A stretch of 62,915 nucleotides of DNA, filler included, from Nemertoderma westbladi (GCA_032718475.1; 4 parts of 4 records of this genome joined end to end with filler, not necessarily neighbours in it), one strand, 5' to 3'; counted from the first letter of the whole stretch, positions 50,101 through 62,514 are shown. Notes: generated from the sequence alone by a model not told the origin. Numbers and translations are program-made.

Positions 50101-50747
50101 GTGAGCTATAGTACATACAGTAGTTTTATTACGCCTTGCGACCTGTAGATGGCGCCAGGCTAGCATTATCTTCTTTAGGTTCTCTTGCTGTAGTACTGTA
50201 CACCGCGGCCTACATGAAGCCACGGCCCTACTGTAGTCGGTGTACCGGTACCATATATTATATGCGATATATGCATGATACAACTATTATGCTACCCTGC
50301 AGGCAGACCACAGCAATATTAATTAACCAAATTACACCACCCTATAAAAATATCAACAATAACGTTATTCACAATCTTCTCAACAACACCAACCCCATCC
50401 TCACCAACCCCGACCACCATATACTCCACACATCTCAAATGCTCAACCATTACTCTCTACAAACATTGTCTAAATTCACAACAACATCACAGACATCTCC
50501 ATAATCTCGACATCCTGAACTACAGTACCTGCCCATCGTGCAAAAAAACATAGCCTACTCGGTCACTTGGTTAATTTTGTATACAGTACATCTCATCTTG
50601 GTAGGCAGTGGCGTGGTGGGAACAAGTGAGGGGCCCGGGAAATCCCAAAATAAGGGCCCATTTATAAATGCCAGATCACCTATAATTTTGACCACCCACC
50701 CCCCCCCCCCCTCCCCCATCATCATGTAAAAAATATTTTTTGAATAA

Positions 50748-51783
50748 TGATTATATGCAGCTATTATATGCAGCTTAGTAAACGTCACCTGTTACAATAT
50801 TATATGCAGCTTAGTAAACGTCACCTGTTACAAGATTATATGCAGCTTAGTAAACAATACGTGTTGCAAGATTATATGCACCTTAGTACACAATACGAGT
50901 TACAATATTATATGCAGCTTAGTAAACAATACGAGTTACAAGATTATATGCAGCTTAGTAAACAATACGAGTTACAGGATTATATGCAGCTCAGTAAACA
51001 ATACGAGTTACAAGATTATATGCAGCTCGGTAAACGTCTCGTGTTAAAGATTATATGCAGCTTAGTAAAAAACACGTGTTACAAGATAATATGCAGCTTA
51101 ATAAACAACACGTGTTACAAGATTATATGTAGCTAGGTAAACGTCACGTGTTAAAGACTATATGCAGCTTAGTAAACAATCGAGTGTTACAAGATCATAT
51201 GCACCTTAGTAAACAACACGTGTTACAAGATTATATGCAGCTTAGTGAACAACACGTGTTACAATATTATATGCAGCTAGGTAAACGTCGCGTGTTAAAT
51301 ATTATATGCAGCTTAGTAAACAATAGAGTGTTACAAGATTATATGCACCTTAGTAAACAACACGTGTTAAAAGATTATATGCAGCTTAGTAAACAACACG
51401 TGTTACAATATTATATGCAGCTAGGTAAACGTCACGTGTTAAAGATTATATGCAGCTTAGTAAACAACACGTGTTAAAAGATTATATGCAGCTTAGTAAA
51501 CAACACGTGTTAAAAGATTATATGCAGCTTAGTAAACAACACGTGTTACAATATTATATGCAGCTAGGTAAACGTCACGTGTTAAAGATTATATGCAGCT
51601 TAGTAAACAACACGTGTTACAATATTATATGCAGCTAGGTAAACGTCACGTGTTAAAGATTATATGCAGCTTAGTAAACAACACGTGTTACAATATTATA
51701 TGCAGCTAGGTAAACGTCACGTGTTAAAGATTATATGCAGCTTAGTAAACAATCGAGTGTTACAAGATTATATGCACCTTAGT
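50748..51783. repeat. 35/36-bp minisatellite, about 29 copies, inside the hAT element
   Basis: Unit ATTATATGCAGCTTAGTAAACAACACGTGTTACAAG alternating with a 35-bp variant. Confidence 0.97.
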
Positions 51784-52109
51784 TCTTCAGGCACAACACC
51801 ACTAAGAGGAAGAGCAGCATCTCTAAAGCTAACCACAATAGCGCTGGTACTGGTACATACTCTGTCATCTCCTTGGTCATGATCATCCAACGAACTGATG
51901 TGATCCAGTGATGTTTGATTCTGACCAATTGCAATGTTATCATGGTCATCAAGCCTACAAGGCTGACTATTTGGCATGCTCGTCCTGGTAGCTGCAGATC
52001 CACCTACAGGATTCCAAAGTTGAGTTAGTTTGGCACACTTTACCGCTTGTATCGATCTTTCTTTTTCGCTTTTTTCTTTTCTCTTCCTGGAACCACTTTT
52101 ACATGACAT
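51783..52109 (-). pseudogene. Probable N-terminal remnant of a hAT transposase
   Basis: MSCKSGSRKRKEKSEKE...KLTQLW resembles the basic SGxxKRK start of hAT/ZMYM1-like transposases. It lies within the hAT TIRs and is cut off by the minisatellite. Confidence 0.5.
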
Positions 52110-52277
52110 TGTTATTATTTGAATTAAATTCAATTGGCAGATATCCAACAGTATAATAAGCAGAATATAACCGATTTTTATTACATCAATACAATAGATT
52201 CAAAATACACTATTTAAAACAATTGGCAATTAAAATTAATTTCGTGAAAATGCGGATTATAAGAAGGACAAAAAAAT

Positions 52278-52850
52278 ACTTTTATTCTTAAATTGTTACT
52301 TATTCTATCGAATGTACCCCAAAATCGGGCGAAAAGTTTGACTTTTTTTCACTACGAAAAAAGTAGCCTAACCCATAGGATTGCATTGATTATAGCTGTA
52401 TAGTTTCTTTTCCCGAAGAAAAAAGTGAAATAAAATATTTTTGATGGAATTTCTTTATATTACTTGCTGACTTGTGTTGAAAGAGCATCGAAGTAGAAAA
52501 GGTTTGCAAGTAATTTGAGCAAAATCCATTCACACACTCAAAAGTTATTGCAACTTTAGTGTGTGCAAGGCGAATTCCAGAACGGAACTCAATATCCAAC
52601 ATTGGTTGATTTTGTTCCTTGTTATGGCTCTCTAGTTTGTAGTTACCTAATAAATATTCGGGAACACTAAATTATTTAACATTGAGTAAGGCGGCATCAG
52701 GAGTTGAAGAGTACAATAATATGAATCGCAGTAACTATATGGAGGCAACATAGTAAAATACTACAGTTCAATTTATTTTGTTACACTATATCGCTCTAGC
52801 CCTATCTTTTATTAAAGCTGTAAAGAATTGAGCAACAAAAAGTACCAATT
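52278..52850 (+). repeat. Dispersed repeat family copy C
   Basis: Homologous to 35596-36325. Confidence 0.85.
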
Positions 52851-53219
52851 TTTTTATGAATAAACTTAAATTTAAACTTAATTAAGCTTTTAATGAATTT
52901 AAACTTAAACTAATAAACTTAATTCCAATACTGGTATTCTTCAAAGTTCAAATGCCATCCTTACTGACCCCACCCCCGACCCACAATAATATTATGTCAT
53001 ATTATATATTGTTATATAATAATAATATAAAGTGACACTGAATGGCTGAAGCTAGTCCTAATACAGTAATATATAAATTAAAAATTTAATATACGTAACC
53101 GTACATCAGAAATAATATCATACTGTACTGTAATAGGTGTATAACTGTATAACATTAATAACAACATAACTATTAACAATGAGTGTTAAACGAACGGATG
53201 AAATTTTTTCTATCATCCA

Positions 53220-53490
53220 GAGATAGGGGGGGGGGGGGGGGGGGGGGAAATGGACGCAATAAAAATTCATCCCTATCCAGGGGAAATTGGACGCAAATAA
53301 CAGATGATTACTCTCAAAAATAAAACTGTAACCGGTTCTACTGTGTTTCGTTTATTGTTTTGGTTAAAATAATGTGCCACTGTAAGTAACCTAGCTCCTT
53401 TCCCTAAATTGAGAATTTAACATTGAGGCGGGATATTAATTCGCCAAGGCGGGTTTTGCGTCCAGCCCCCCCCCCCCCCCCCTCACCCTG
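53220..53490 (+). mobile_element. About 250-bp MITE, copy 2
   Basis: Homologous to 20681-20930. Confidence 0.85.
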
Positions 53491-54129
53491 TCTCATCATC
53501 CATAAACAATGAGTGTAATACAGTGATATTAAGACTGACGGGATATTGGGAATGAACAGTTATTACATATATCCAATGACTTTTAAACAAGCTGACCAAT
53601 CAGACAACATGTTGACCAGGGCTATGAGATAAGATTATACCACATGTTTATTACATAAGGGCTAACCTACCTACCTCTATTTCATGGGAGATGTCTCATG
53701 TGAGAGTGCTGATATATTGAACTTTGGTGGTGGTGGATGGTCAGCTCAGGCTGCACTGCACAGCATACGGCAGTGGGCAGTTGGCGCCCCCCTGCCTGCA
53801 GTGGATAATTAGGCTCCCATCTTCAAGTAACAACTCAATATTTTACAGACTTCTACTAGAGAAATGCTTGGCATTATTGGGTAATGAAATTAATGAGGCA
53901 GGGCATAGAACAGGGTGTAGAGATGGAGCATGTCTCCATCTACATGTCTTCTTTGGACACAGGCCTGTGTGTGCAGGGATAATGTGAATTGTATCTGGTC
54001 TGGCGGGCTGGCACTAATGTAAATTCAACACAGTTTGCCTTGCCGGACGCCTGAGGGGACTTTTTCCCAATGTGCTCTTAAACCAACTGTCAATGGCCAA
54101 GTACCAGCCAACGTTTACAACCCCCCCCC

Positions 54130-55720
54130 CATGGCCGGCGCCAATGGGGTGCAAGGGGTGCAGCTGCACCCCCCAAAAAGTGATAAAAGGTCCGCAATTG
54201 GACGAATATATTTTCATTGTGGACTAATACAAAAAATTTTGTGTAATTATTAAACCAAAAGAACACACAGTCACTTGAATCTTATTCTAATCAGATTTCT
54301 GTCCATTTATATTACTGGGTGTTCTGGTATTACTTGCTGTCAACAGTGAACATCATACCGATACCACTACACACTACACCTCTATTACATTACCTGCAAG
54401 TTATTTATATATTTTCAATGTTTAGTTCATTTACTTTCGGTTTAGTGTTTAGTACAGGTAGCAGCAACAAGCAACTAACAGACAATAGGTCGGCAATTCA
54501 ATTCAACCTTAGTATACTACTGGTAGCAATACCAGACCACCAGTACTGTCCTACTTCCTGTATACTTTTATACTAAATAGCTGGTTTGATTTTGTTATAA
54601 TCAGCCGATTTTCCTGAATTATTATAGGCTGTAAGATGCAATTGCCTAAAATCTAAGTTTAGCTGCATGGGTACGGCACCAGAATGGCACCAAAATTGGG
54701 TTTGAATTACCATAAATATTTATAACTAGTTTCATCGTGATCAGCGACCTCGAAAACCCGTATACATTCAGAATTATCAAAACAAACACAAAATTGTTTA
54801 GTTTAACATTTTTTTACTTACGTTTCGTCCTGGGGGACCAAAATAGCACCAAAAATGATGGTTGCATCGCCAGAAAATATTTTAAACAAGCTTTATCGTG
54901 ACCAGCGAGCTCGTAAACCCTTATACCATCAAAATTGTAATTTTTGAGCCAAGATCTAAAATGACCCCCCCCCCCCCCCCCGGGCCAATTACGTTGTAAA
55001 ATAGCCCGGGCCAGATAGGGTTAAATCAAGGTTGATTAAAATCCGATCTAATTAAAATCACCTATTCCGTTTTACTCACTCCATCCAATATTCCGGTAGC
55101 AGTCTGCAGTAATCAACCATTTGTTCAACCAAATTAAAGTCTAGGTTGTTTTATTGTTGAATTAAATATTTTTTAAGTAAGATTTTTAAGTATTTTTTAA
55201 ATTTATTAATTTGAATGTGTTAGAAGTATTTCACAGTATAAGTTAGAATACTGGTGGGTTTATTATATCAAAATCAAAATACTTCGTTGGAGACAGGAGG
55301 GAAACGCAAAACCTGCCTTGGCGAATTCATGTCCCGCCTCAATGTTAAATTCTCAATTTAGGGAAAGGAGCAGGTTACAGTGGCACGTTATTTTAACCAA
55401 AACAATAAACTAAACACAATAGTACAGGTTACAGTTTTATTTTTGAGAGTAATCAGACTTTATTTGTGTCGGAATTTCCCCTGGAGAGGGATGAATTTTT
55501 ATTGCGTCCATAATTTAGTATCATTTAATCATATCATTTAATAGGTTCACTCTAACTTTTTCTAACTATCTGATACAAAGTGTAAAATTTTCTAGGTTAG
55601 CGGCCTAAACTGATACCGGTGCAATGCAGCAATGTGTAATATTTTGTTTCGATGGTAACAAAAAAGGTCCGCTTTTTCAACATCCTGCACCCCCCAAGAA
55701 AAATCCTGGCGCCGGCCATG
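54130..55720. mobile_element. hAT-like MITE nested in a poly-C run
   Basis: TIR CATGGCCGGCGCCA / TGGCGCCGGCCATG, subterminal TGCACCCCC motifs, C-runs on both flanks. Confidence 0.85.
55294..55510 (-). mobile_element. About 250-bp MITE, copy 3 (partial)
   Basis: Reverse complement of 20700-20930. Confidence 0.85.
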
Positions 55721-56069
55721 CCCCCCCCCCCCCCCCCACCCCTCTTGGTTTAATGCTATGCTGACACGGGCATGCCTTTAGCTATTGTTTTGATTTCGTT
55801 GCTTCTATTTTTTATTATAACAATTTAATACCTACTGTTCTATTTTTCTATTTTTTTATCACATCAATATAATTTTCTACCCTGGGGGGGCCCGCAAGGG
55901 CCCAGATCGTCAAGGGGGCCCGGGAATTTTCCCGAACAGATGTATGGCCACCACGCCACTGTTGGTAGGCGGCTATCAAATCTTTCCAATGTTACCAACA
56001 AATAACTACAACGTTGAAGAATAACTGGTGCAATATCGACGGAGACACCTTTTATAAATGCCTGTTGCT

Positions 56070-56169
56070 NNNNNNNNNNNNNNNNNNNNNNNNNNNNNNN
56101 NNNNNNNNNNNNNTTAATTAATTAANNNNNNNNNNNNNNNNNNNNNNNNNNNNNNNNNNNNNNNNNNNN
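56070..56169. other. Artificial contig spacer
   Basis: N44 + TTAATTAATTAA + N44. Confidence 0.98.
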
Positions 56170-56552
56170 TTGAGAAATTGCAATAATTTCCCTCTGTATT
56201 GAATTAGAACTTCAGTAAAAGCTTTGTTGAGAACTTTACATTTGCCTTGTTTCTGAACGTAAACATCACCCGATGTGGGGTTGATGGAAATATTCAAATT
56301 TCCCCGCGCAAAACGAGGAGTGGGATATATCCTACCTGGTATAATTGCTGGTCTGGATTGATGTTGGTTGTTGTTGTTGGTTGTTTCTAGAATGTCTAAC
56401 AAATAGCGAGTATCTTGATGGGAAAAACAAATTGATTCGTTGTCCTCCTGAGATTCCACAATAAAATACTTGCTGTGAACGACGGTACAAGTATATTTAT
56501 TGTAAGTAAATTTCCAGCTATTTGTTGCTCCGGTTTTTTGCGTTAAGGCCAT
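56170..56552 (-). CDS. Hypothetical protein, possibly PC4-like ssDNA-binding accessory protein of a Polinton-like element (partial)
   Basis: Open from ATG to the contig edge (127 aa or more) in AT-rich DNA, same strand as pPolB. GNLNISIN..SGDVYV....GK...LN pattern is loosely PC4-like. Confidence 0.4.
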
Positions 56553-56652
56553 AATAATAATAATAATAAATACGAAAAATATTACAAATGATAAATTTTA
56601 AACCGTATCGCTGTAATAAATTGACACCATAGTTCTCACTCTAAAATTGTGT

Positions 56653-56814
56653 TTGGTCGGAAGACAACGCCTGATAAAAATGATGCTGAGTTCGACATTA
56701 GGTATCGACTCAAAAACAAAAATTGAGTGAGACACGTAGCTCAGATTTTCGTTTTTAGGTCGATACCCAATGCTGGAATCAGTATCATTTTATGCGGTGT
56801 CGTTTTCCGACCAA
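56653..56814. repeat. Imperfect fold-back inverted repeat (old MITE)
   Basis: TTGGTCGGAAGACAACGCC...GGTATCGACTCAAAAAC versus GTTTTTAGGTCGATACC...GGTGTCGTTTTCCGACCAA. Confidence 0.7.
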
Positions 56815-57756
56815 CGAATATACAACGAGTAAAATAATGTATAAATTATTAAGGAAAAAAAACACAATGTCAGAGTGAGAACAAAAAAAATTAGATATGG
56901 TATCAATATATTACCATGAAGAAGATTACAAGTGATGAATTTTATTAAAAACATTCACTTATATATATAAAAATTTGCGATGTGGCATAGTCAACGAAGA
57001 AGAGATGGTACGTGTCATAATCATCAACAAATAAGAAAAGAGATGGAGAGCAACGTGGATGAATAGCTGGCTGGTTGATTGCGTGGATAGGAAATACGTG
57101 AAAGAATATGAATCATAGGGTTGTGTGTGTGCGTGCGTGTGTGTAATAATCAATAATTATTATAATAAAAAACGCGCAGTATATAATGTTAGTGGTGGAA
57201 GCCTTTCAATATGGCACAGATGCTGCGGGATCGGTTAGCTTGAGTAACTACTATGGAAATGTTGTTCGTATACGTGTAGCTGGAACGTGGCGGAATTTCA
57301 ACACGTATCATAATAGCGTTGGATTGGACTGGTAGGCAGGCTGCTTGGTTGGTTGGATTGATTGGTTTGGCGACAGCCGTCGAAGAGTAGCCGTGCGTGG
57401 CTAGCGGCGGTGGTGGTGAGTTGGCAATCGATATATAATATAATAGCGTAGTGGGGGCTAGCCATGCGTCGTGAAGTTAGGTTACGCGAAGATGAATATG
57501 CGATGGTTGGTTGATGCAACAACGCGAATCAATACTCGCGGGTGGTAACAGTTGTCGAGTAAGGCAGGCATCGCGAGGTTAGGCTACGCGTAGGTGATAA
57601 GCAACGATTGGTTGAAGGCAACAATATTGATGGTGACAGATGGTCATTTAGCACCTCGATTTAGCACAGAAATTTGGCATTTTTTAATTGCCTCCGAGAT
57701 GCAGCCCGTAGCCCAAGCTAGGGAGGAGTTGCGTGAGATCTATGCTTCTCCTACTA

Positions 57757-57852
57757 CTTGTACTTCATGGCAGTGTTTTCATGACAAATCCGATGTTCTT
57801 GGATGCAGATGATGTCGATGTTAAATTCCATTGCCAGAGCGACCATGTCAGC
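57757..57852 (-). mobile_element. Short LINE APE-endonuclease fragment truncating pPolB
   Basis: Translates ADMVALAMEFNIDIICIQEHRICHENTAMKYK (DIxxxQEHR motif of RTE-type endonucleases). Confidence 0.7.
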
Positions 57853-59464
57853 AACCACTTATATAATTGGATAATATCATTTGTAGTGAGTCTAAAAATT
57901 CTTGAATACAATTATAACCATGAGTCTTTGTAAAGGTTTTCAAATAAAATTTTGGTGGATCGATTAATTCACTACTAGGGACAACTAAATAACTTTCGGC
58001 TCATGGAATATGCTTCTGACTAAATTTACTGTTGCAGACTGGCTCCAAAATAGATTCTATGTCAAAATATATTACAAACAATGCCGGTAATGTTCTGTCT
58101 AAATTTCTAAAGCTAATGTGAGTTCTTTTTTCAAATGGTAGCTTCTCAACTTGACTCGAACCTTGATAACAAGCAAGACGGTGACATTCTAGAACATCCT
58201 TGCTGTAGAAATGAGTTAAACACCTTTCGCAATATTTCCTACATCCAATATGCTTACCTCTTGTATTCATCAAACAATTCAGGTTAGTTATACAAACATA
58301 ATGGTTTTGTTTACATGTATTCTTATTTTTTACAAGTAATATATTCAATAACTCTTTATCTGGAGTAATTTTACTAAATGGTGCCTGTCTTAATATAGAT
58401 ACTCGATTGTTATCCCAGAGTAATAAATTGATTATATATTTTGAATTTTGTTTTTCAAAAAGTTTAATCGTTAGCTGCCATTCAGTTGGATAATCTTTGT
58501 TCCCATTGTCAAAAATGAAATGTTTCATGTAATCTGTGTACTGTGAAGTACGGTATGTGTGATCTTTCACTTTGCTACTAGATTTTGAGGTTATAATAGC
58601 CCATTTGAAACAGTCATTAACTGCCTTTTGCATATTTATAACACATTGTTTAGCCGTTAGCACCTTAGGTAACTCCATATAACCGTGTCCTTTATATTCC
58701 AGCGACTTAGACTTGGATTCGGCTACTTTAATTTCCACTCTTAATAAAGATTTAACGCGCCACCCTGAGCCTCGTGTGTTAAACATAGGTATTTTTTGTA
58801 ATAAATTTTCCAGTACATAGTCAAACCAAATATTGAAACTTTCATGAGAATCTACGGTATTAACTGCACCGCCTGAAGAACTAAAATAGAAAGTTTCTAA
58901 TTGCTCACCCTCTGAAAAATATGATTGATACATGAGTATATTCACACCGAGCCAGGGTCTAAGTACATTCATTTCGCTAAGTTTTCCTAATAATAACTTT
59001 TCAATATAAGGGAGAATTTTTCCTATCGATGAATGAATGTCAGGAAAATCTTCATCAGTTGGAAGATTGTAAACATAGATTTCTAAACGGTTATTGTGTG
59101 TAGCTCGTTCGACGCTAAAAATTGATGAACCATGACCGGGTTTCAGTCTTTTTCTAGATGCGACAGTATTGTTTTGGATCAGCCATGGTGGTCTAACATG
59201 ATAATAACGTTGGTGACAGTCGTGTCGTAAATAATTCTCATATAAATACTCTTTATTACAAGTAGGACAAGTCTTTTCATACACGCAAAACTTCATTTCT
59301 TTACAACCCGTAGTTGATTCATGTCGTTTACAAATTTCTTCTTTAGATGTGAAAACATGACAATCAAAACAAGAATAAACTTCAAAATGTGACTTCAGGT
59401 GAGTTAAATAATTATGTTTAGAAATTTGAAGTGGACAAAATGGACATGTCAATTGTTTATCCAT
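57850..59464 (-). pseudogene. N-terminal half of a Polinton/Maverick/adintovirus-type protein-primed DNA polymerase B, decayed
   Basis: N-terminal CxxC..H zinc fingers, GSGW, ELPKVL..KQCVINMQ...NDCFKWAI, NHYVCI, YCERCLTHF...LECH...C and ExoI-type VIYFDIESIL. After the in-frame TGA in QKHIP* the same frame continues ..HGYNCIQEFLDSL before truncation. Confidence 0.82.
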
Positions 59465-59894
59465 CTCTTTATTATCCTAAAAACAATTTAAAATTAATAT
59501 GAATATTGTTATATATATAATCAAAAAATTCATAAGCTACTCAACACAAATAAAATATAATATCTAAACTTTAATTGATTTAATATTTTCAGAATGAGCT
59601 CGATTGAATCAGTTGAGCTCTTTATATATATATTTCAAGTTTCTACTTATACCAACCAATCATAAATAACTGTTACATTGGAAACTAATATCATAAATAA
59701 GGTTGCTTTTACAACTGAATTCTTTATTTAAATAATTTAATTCAGCAAAGTTATAAAGCCATAGAGTAAAAACTAGAGCACAACCGTAAGGAATATGTAA
59801 GTACAGACATATTAGTTTAGACAGACATACAAGTTTAGACTTGATAATAAAGTAATATACAGCGCTTTAGGCGCTACCCTACTACAGTAATACT

Positions 59895-60215
59895 AGCTTA
59901 TAGCCCCATAGCTTTATAGGTCCTGGCGCATTAGGTCCTGTACCATTACAGCATTAGGCCATGTTCCTGTAGCATGCATCTGACAGCTACTGTAATTCTC
60001 AATTAAATTATTCCTAACTCTCGTTTATTATTTTGGTTCCTTTCAACTCGCCTCTACAGTATAACCTGCTCCTTTAATAACCTGCCTGGTTATGGAGGCA
60101 GACTGGACTTACTGACCAAATGGCTCGGCCCAACGCTAACAGGCTACCAGGACCTAAAGCTACCATGCTGCCAGGACCTAAAGCTACCAGGCTGCCAGGA
60201 CCTAAAGCTACAGGG
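59895..60215. repeat. Small element with inverted subterminal short repeats
   Basis: TAGGTCCTG repeats on the left and CCAGGACCTAAAGCTAC (24-bp period) on the right; related motifs recur at about 60435-60520. Confidence 0.5.
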
Positions 60216-60637
60216 ACTGGTATCTGGCTGGCTGGCTATATAGCCGTAAATATATAATCTAGCTGTCTAGGCCTACGCCTACCAGCAACCAGTAGTCATT
60301 CTGTCATTAGCCTATAGGCCTATAAATCAATAAATTGGGCTAATATATAAATGTTGGAAATGGAAACGAAATGGAAACATTTTTGAGAATCTCTTTTGTG
60401 GTATTATGTTTTGTGGGTAATGTACAAAGCAGCCTGGTAGCGTTAGGTCCAAATCGGTTATACTTTAGGAATAGTTAGTCAGTTAGCAGTAGGTCCTGTA
60501 GTGTTTAGGTCCCGTAGCCTTAGTACTGTAGTAACATACAGTATTTATGATATATTTACTTCACTATTTAATTGGGAAACAAATAAGATTATCTCTAGAA
60601 TACTTCTATACAAGTAAGCTATTAGTAAGCTAGTAGT

Positions 60638-62425
60638 ATGTATTGTAAGACACTGAGACGAGCACGGTCAAATTACAGACGTGACCAGTCACGAAATTTG
60701 GAACAGTTAAGTTTGGAGGTAAATGAGACAAGGAAATTTTGGACTCTACTGAAAAATTCAACCGGTAACAAAAATAAATCACAACAATCTAAATTATCTC
60801 TTGATGACTTCGAAGAACATTTTAGGAACCTATGTTCTGGAACACCAGAATTTTCGGACATGGGAGTAGATCCACATGTTGACATAGACGTTAATAACAG
60901 TAAAAATTTAATGGAAAAGGAACTGTCTCAGCCCTTTACGGAGGATGAAGTAAATATTGCTATTGACAAACTTAAAAGACACAAAGCCCCGGGAATGGAT
61001 ATGCTACTAAATGAGTTCTTCATTGAAGGTAAAGCAGCCCTTACTCCACTAATAACCCCTTTGTTCAATGCTGTGCTCTATTCTGGTAACTTCCCAAGAG
61101 CCTGGGCTGCGGCTCTGGTAACGCCAATTTATAAGAATAAAGGTAGTAAGGATGACGCGGGAAACTACAGAGGAATATCTTTGTTAAGTTGCTTAGGAAA
61201 ACTATTCACCTCAATTCTAAACTACAGAATTTCCTGGTGGGCAGAAGGTTTTCAGGTGTTAAACGACTCCCAGGCTGCTTTTCGTGCAGGCTACAGAACA
61301 ACAGACCATTTGTTTGTGTTAAGTGGGTTGATAAATTATCTCACGTCTCATGGTAATAAACTGTATTGCGGATTTATAGATTTTCAAAAGGCATTTGACC
61401 GTGTGGAACGCGATGCTCTATGGGTGAAACTCAATTGCCTTGGATTTTCAGGAAAGATATTTCAGGTTATTAAGAGTCTCTATGAAAGTGTGAAGTCGCG
61501 AGTGAAATGGAATGGGGGCATATCTGAGGCGTATGACTGCTTTTTGGGCGTATTGCAAGGGGAATGTTTGTCCCCGGTACTTTTTATTCTTTTTCTCAAT
61601 GACCTGGAGGCTGAGCTGAGACTTGGCGGTGTGAATGGTATCACCCTATCCCACTTGCAGCTATTTCTATTACTTTACGCGGACGATCTGGTACTAATAG
61701 CCACCACAGGATCGGACTTACAGAGATCTTTTGATATCTTAGGGGCTTATTCAGAGTATTGGGGCCTACGGGTTAATCTGGACAAAACAAATGTCGTAGT
61801 TTTTCGGAGAGGGGGTTCATTGGCGAGAGGAGACAAATGGTTTTATAAAGGGGAGAGTGTTGGTGTTGTCTCACAATACAATTATCTGGGAATCACCTTG
61901 TCATTTACAGGTAAATTTGCATGCGCCCAAAGAATACTGGCGCAAAAGGCTGAAAAGGGTTTATTCTCGCTCTATAGGTATTTTATTAAATTTCCAAATT
62001 TGTCATTTGCATTGAAGTACAAGCTATTCTCGATATTGATTGCGCCAATTTTAAGTTACGGTGCCGATGTTTGGGGATTTCATTCTGCTCCGGCAATTGA
62101 GCGTGTTCATTTAGCTTTTTTGAAACGCCTACTTGGAGTAAAACGGAGCACTCCTGATTTTGCCGTCTACGGGGAAACTGGGGCTGTGCCGCTTTCAGTT
62201 TCACGAAAGCTGACAATTGTAAAATTTTGGGTAAGAACTTTGACTCTCCCGGAGACGAGACTGACTAAACGTATGTATCAGGTACTTTACGAGGATGCAC
62301 TGCAGGGGTCAGCGACAAACTGGGTTTCAATGGTAAGGGATGTATTAAATGGCCTGGGCCAAAGTTGGGCATGGGAGTCTCAAAATGTTGGGGATGCCAA
62401 ATTATTCTTAAATAAAACAGAATAG
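60638..62425 (+). mobile_element. Non-LTR retrotransposon RT region (RTE-X-like), truncated at both ends
   Basis: KAPGMD, NYRGISLL, FIDFQKAFD, GVLQGECLSPVLF, LLYADD, YNYLG and ERVHLAFLKRLLGVKRSTP..AVYGETG. No endonuclease domain; the 595-codon frame is uninterrupted. Confidence 0.93.
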
Positions 62426-62468
62426 AATAAGTATTGCGATTCTAAACAACATTATATTTCAATTAATT

Positions 62469-62514
62469 AAAACGGAACGTTTCGACGAAATACATTCATC
62501 ATCATCAGCCAATT
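62469..62514 (-). ncRNA. Minimal type I hammerhead ribozyme motif (Penelope-like element type)
   Basis: Minus strand AATTGG-CTGATGA-T-GATGAA-TGTAT-TTCGTC-GAAA-CG-TT-CCGTTT: intact core boxes, 6-bp helix II, loopless palindromic ACGT helix III, short helix I. Confidence 0.65.

Larger units (their letters stand above)
50606..55961 (-). mobile_element. hAT deletion derivative with nested elements
   Basis: Perfect 14-bp TIR CAGTGGCGTGGTGG / CCACCACGCCACTG, 8-bp TSD TTGGTAGG (50598-50605, 55962-55969), subterminal GGGCCC motifs at both ends. Confidence 0.9.

Noticed and set aside
50747-51882. Repeat-protein ORFs (YMQLSKQHVLQD)n
   Set aside because: By-product of a 36-bp unit; 35-bp units shift the frame repeatedly. 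The ORFs at 18711-19040 and 27964-28155 are the same kind of artefact.
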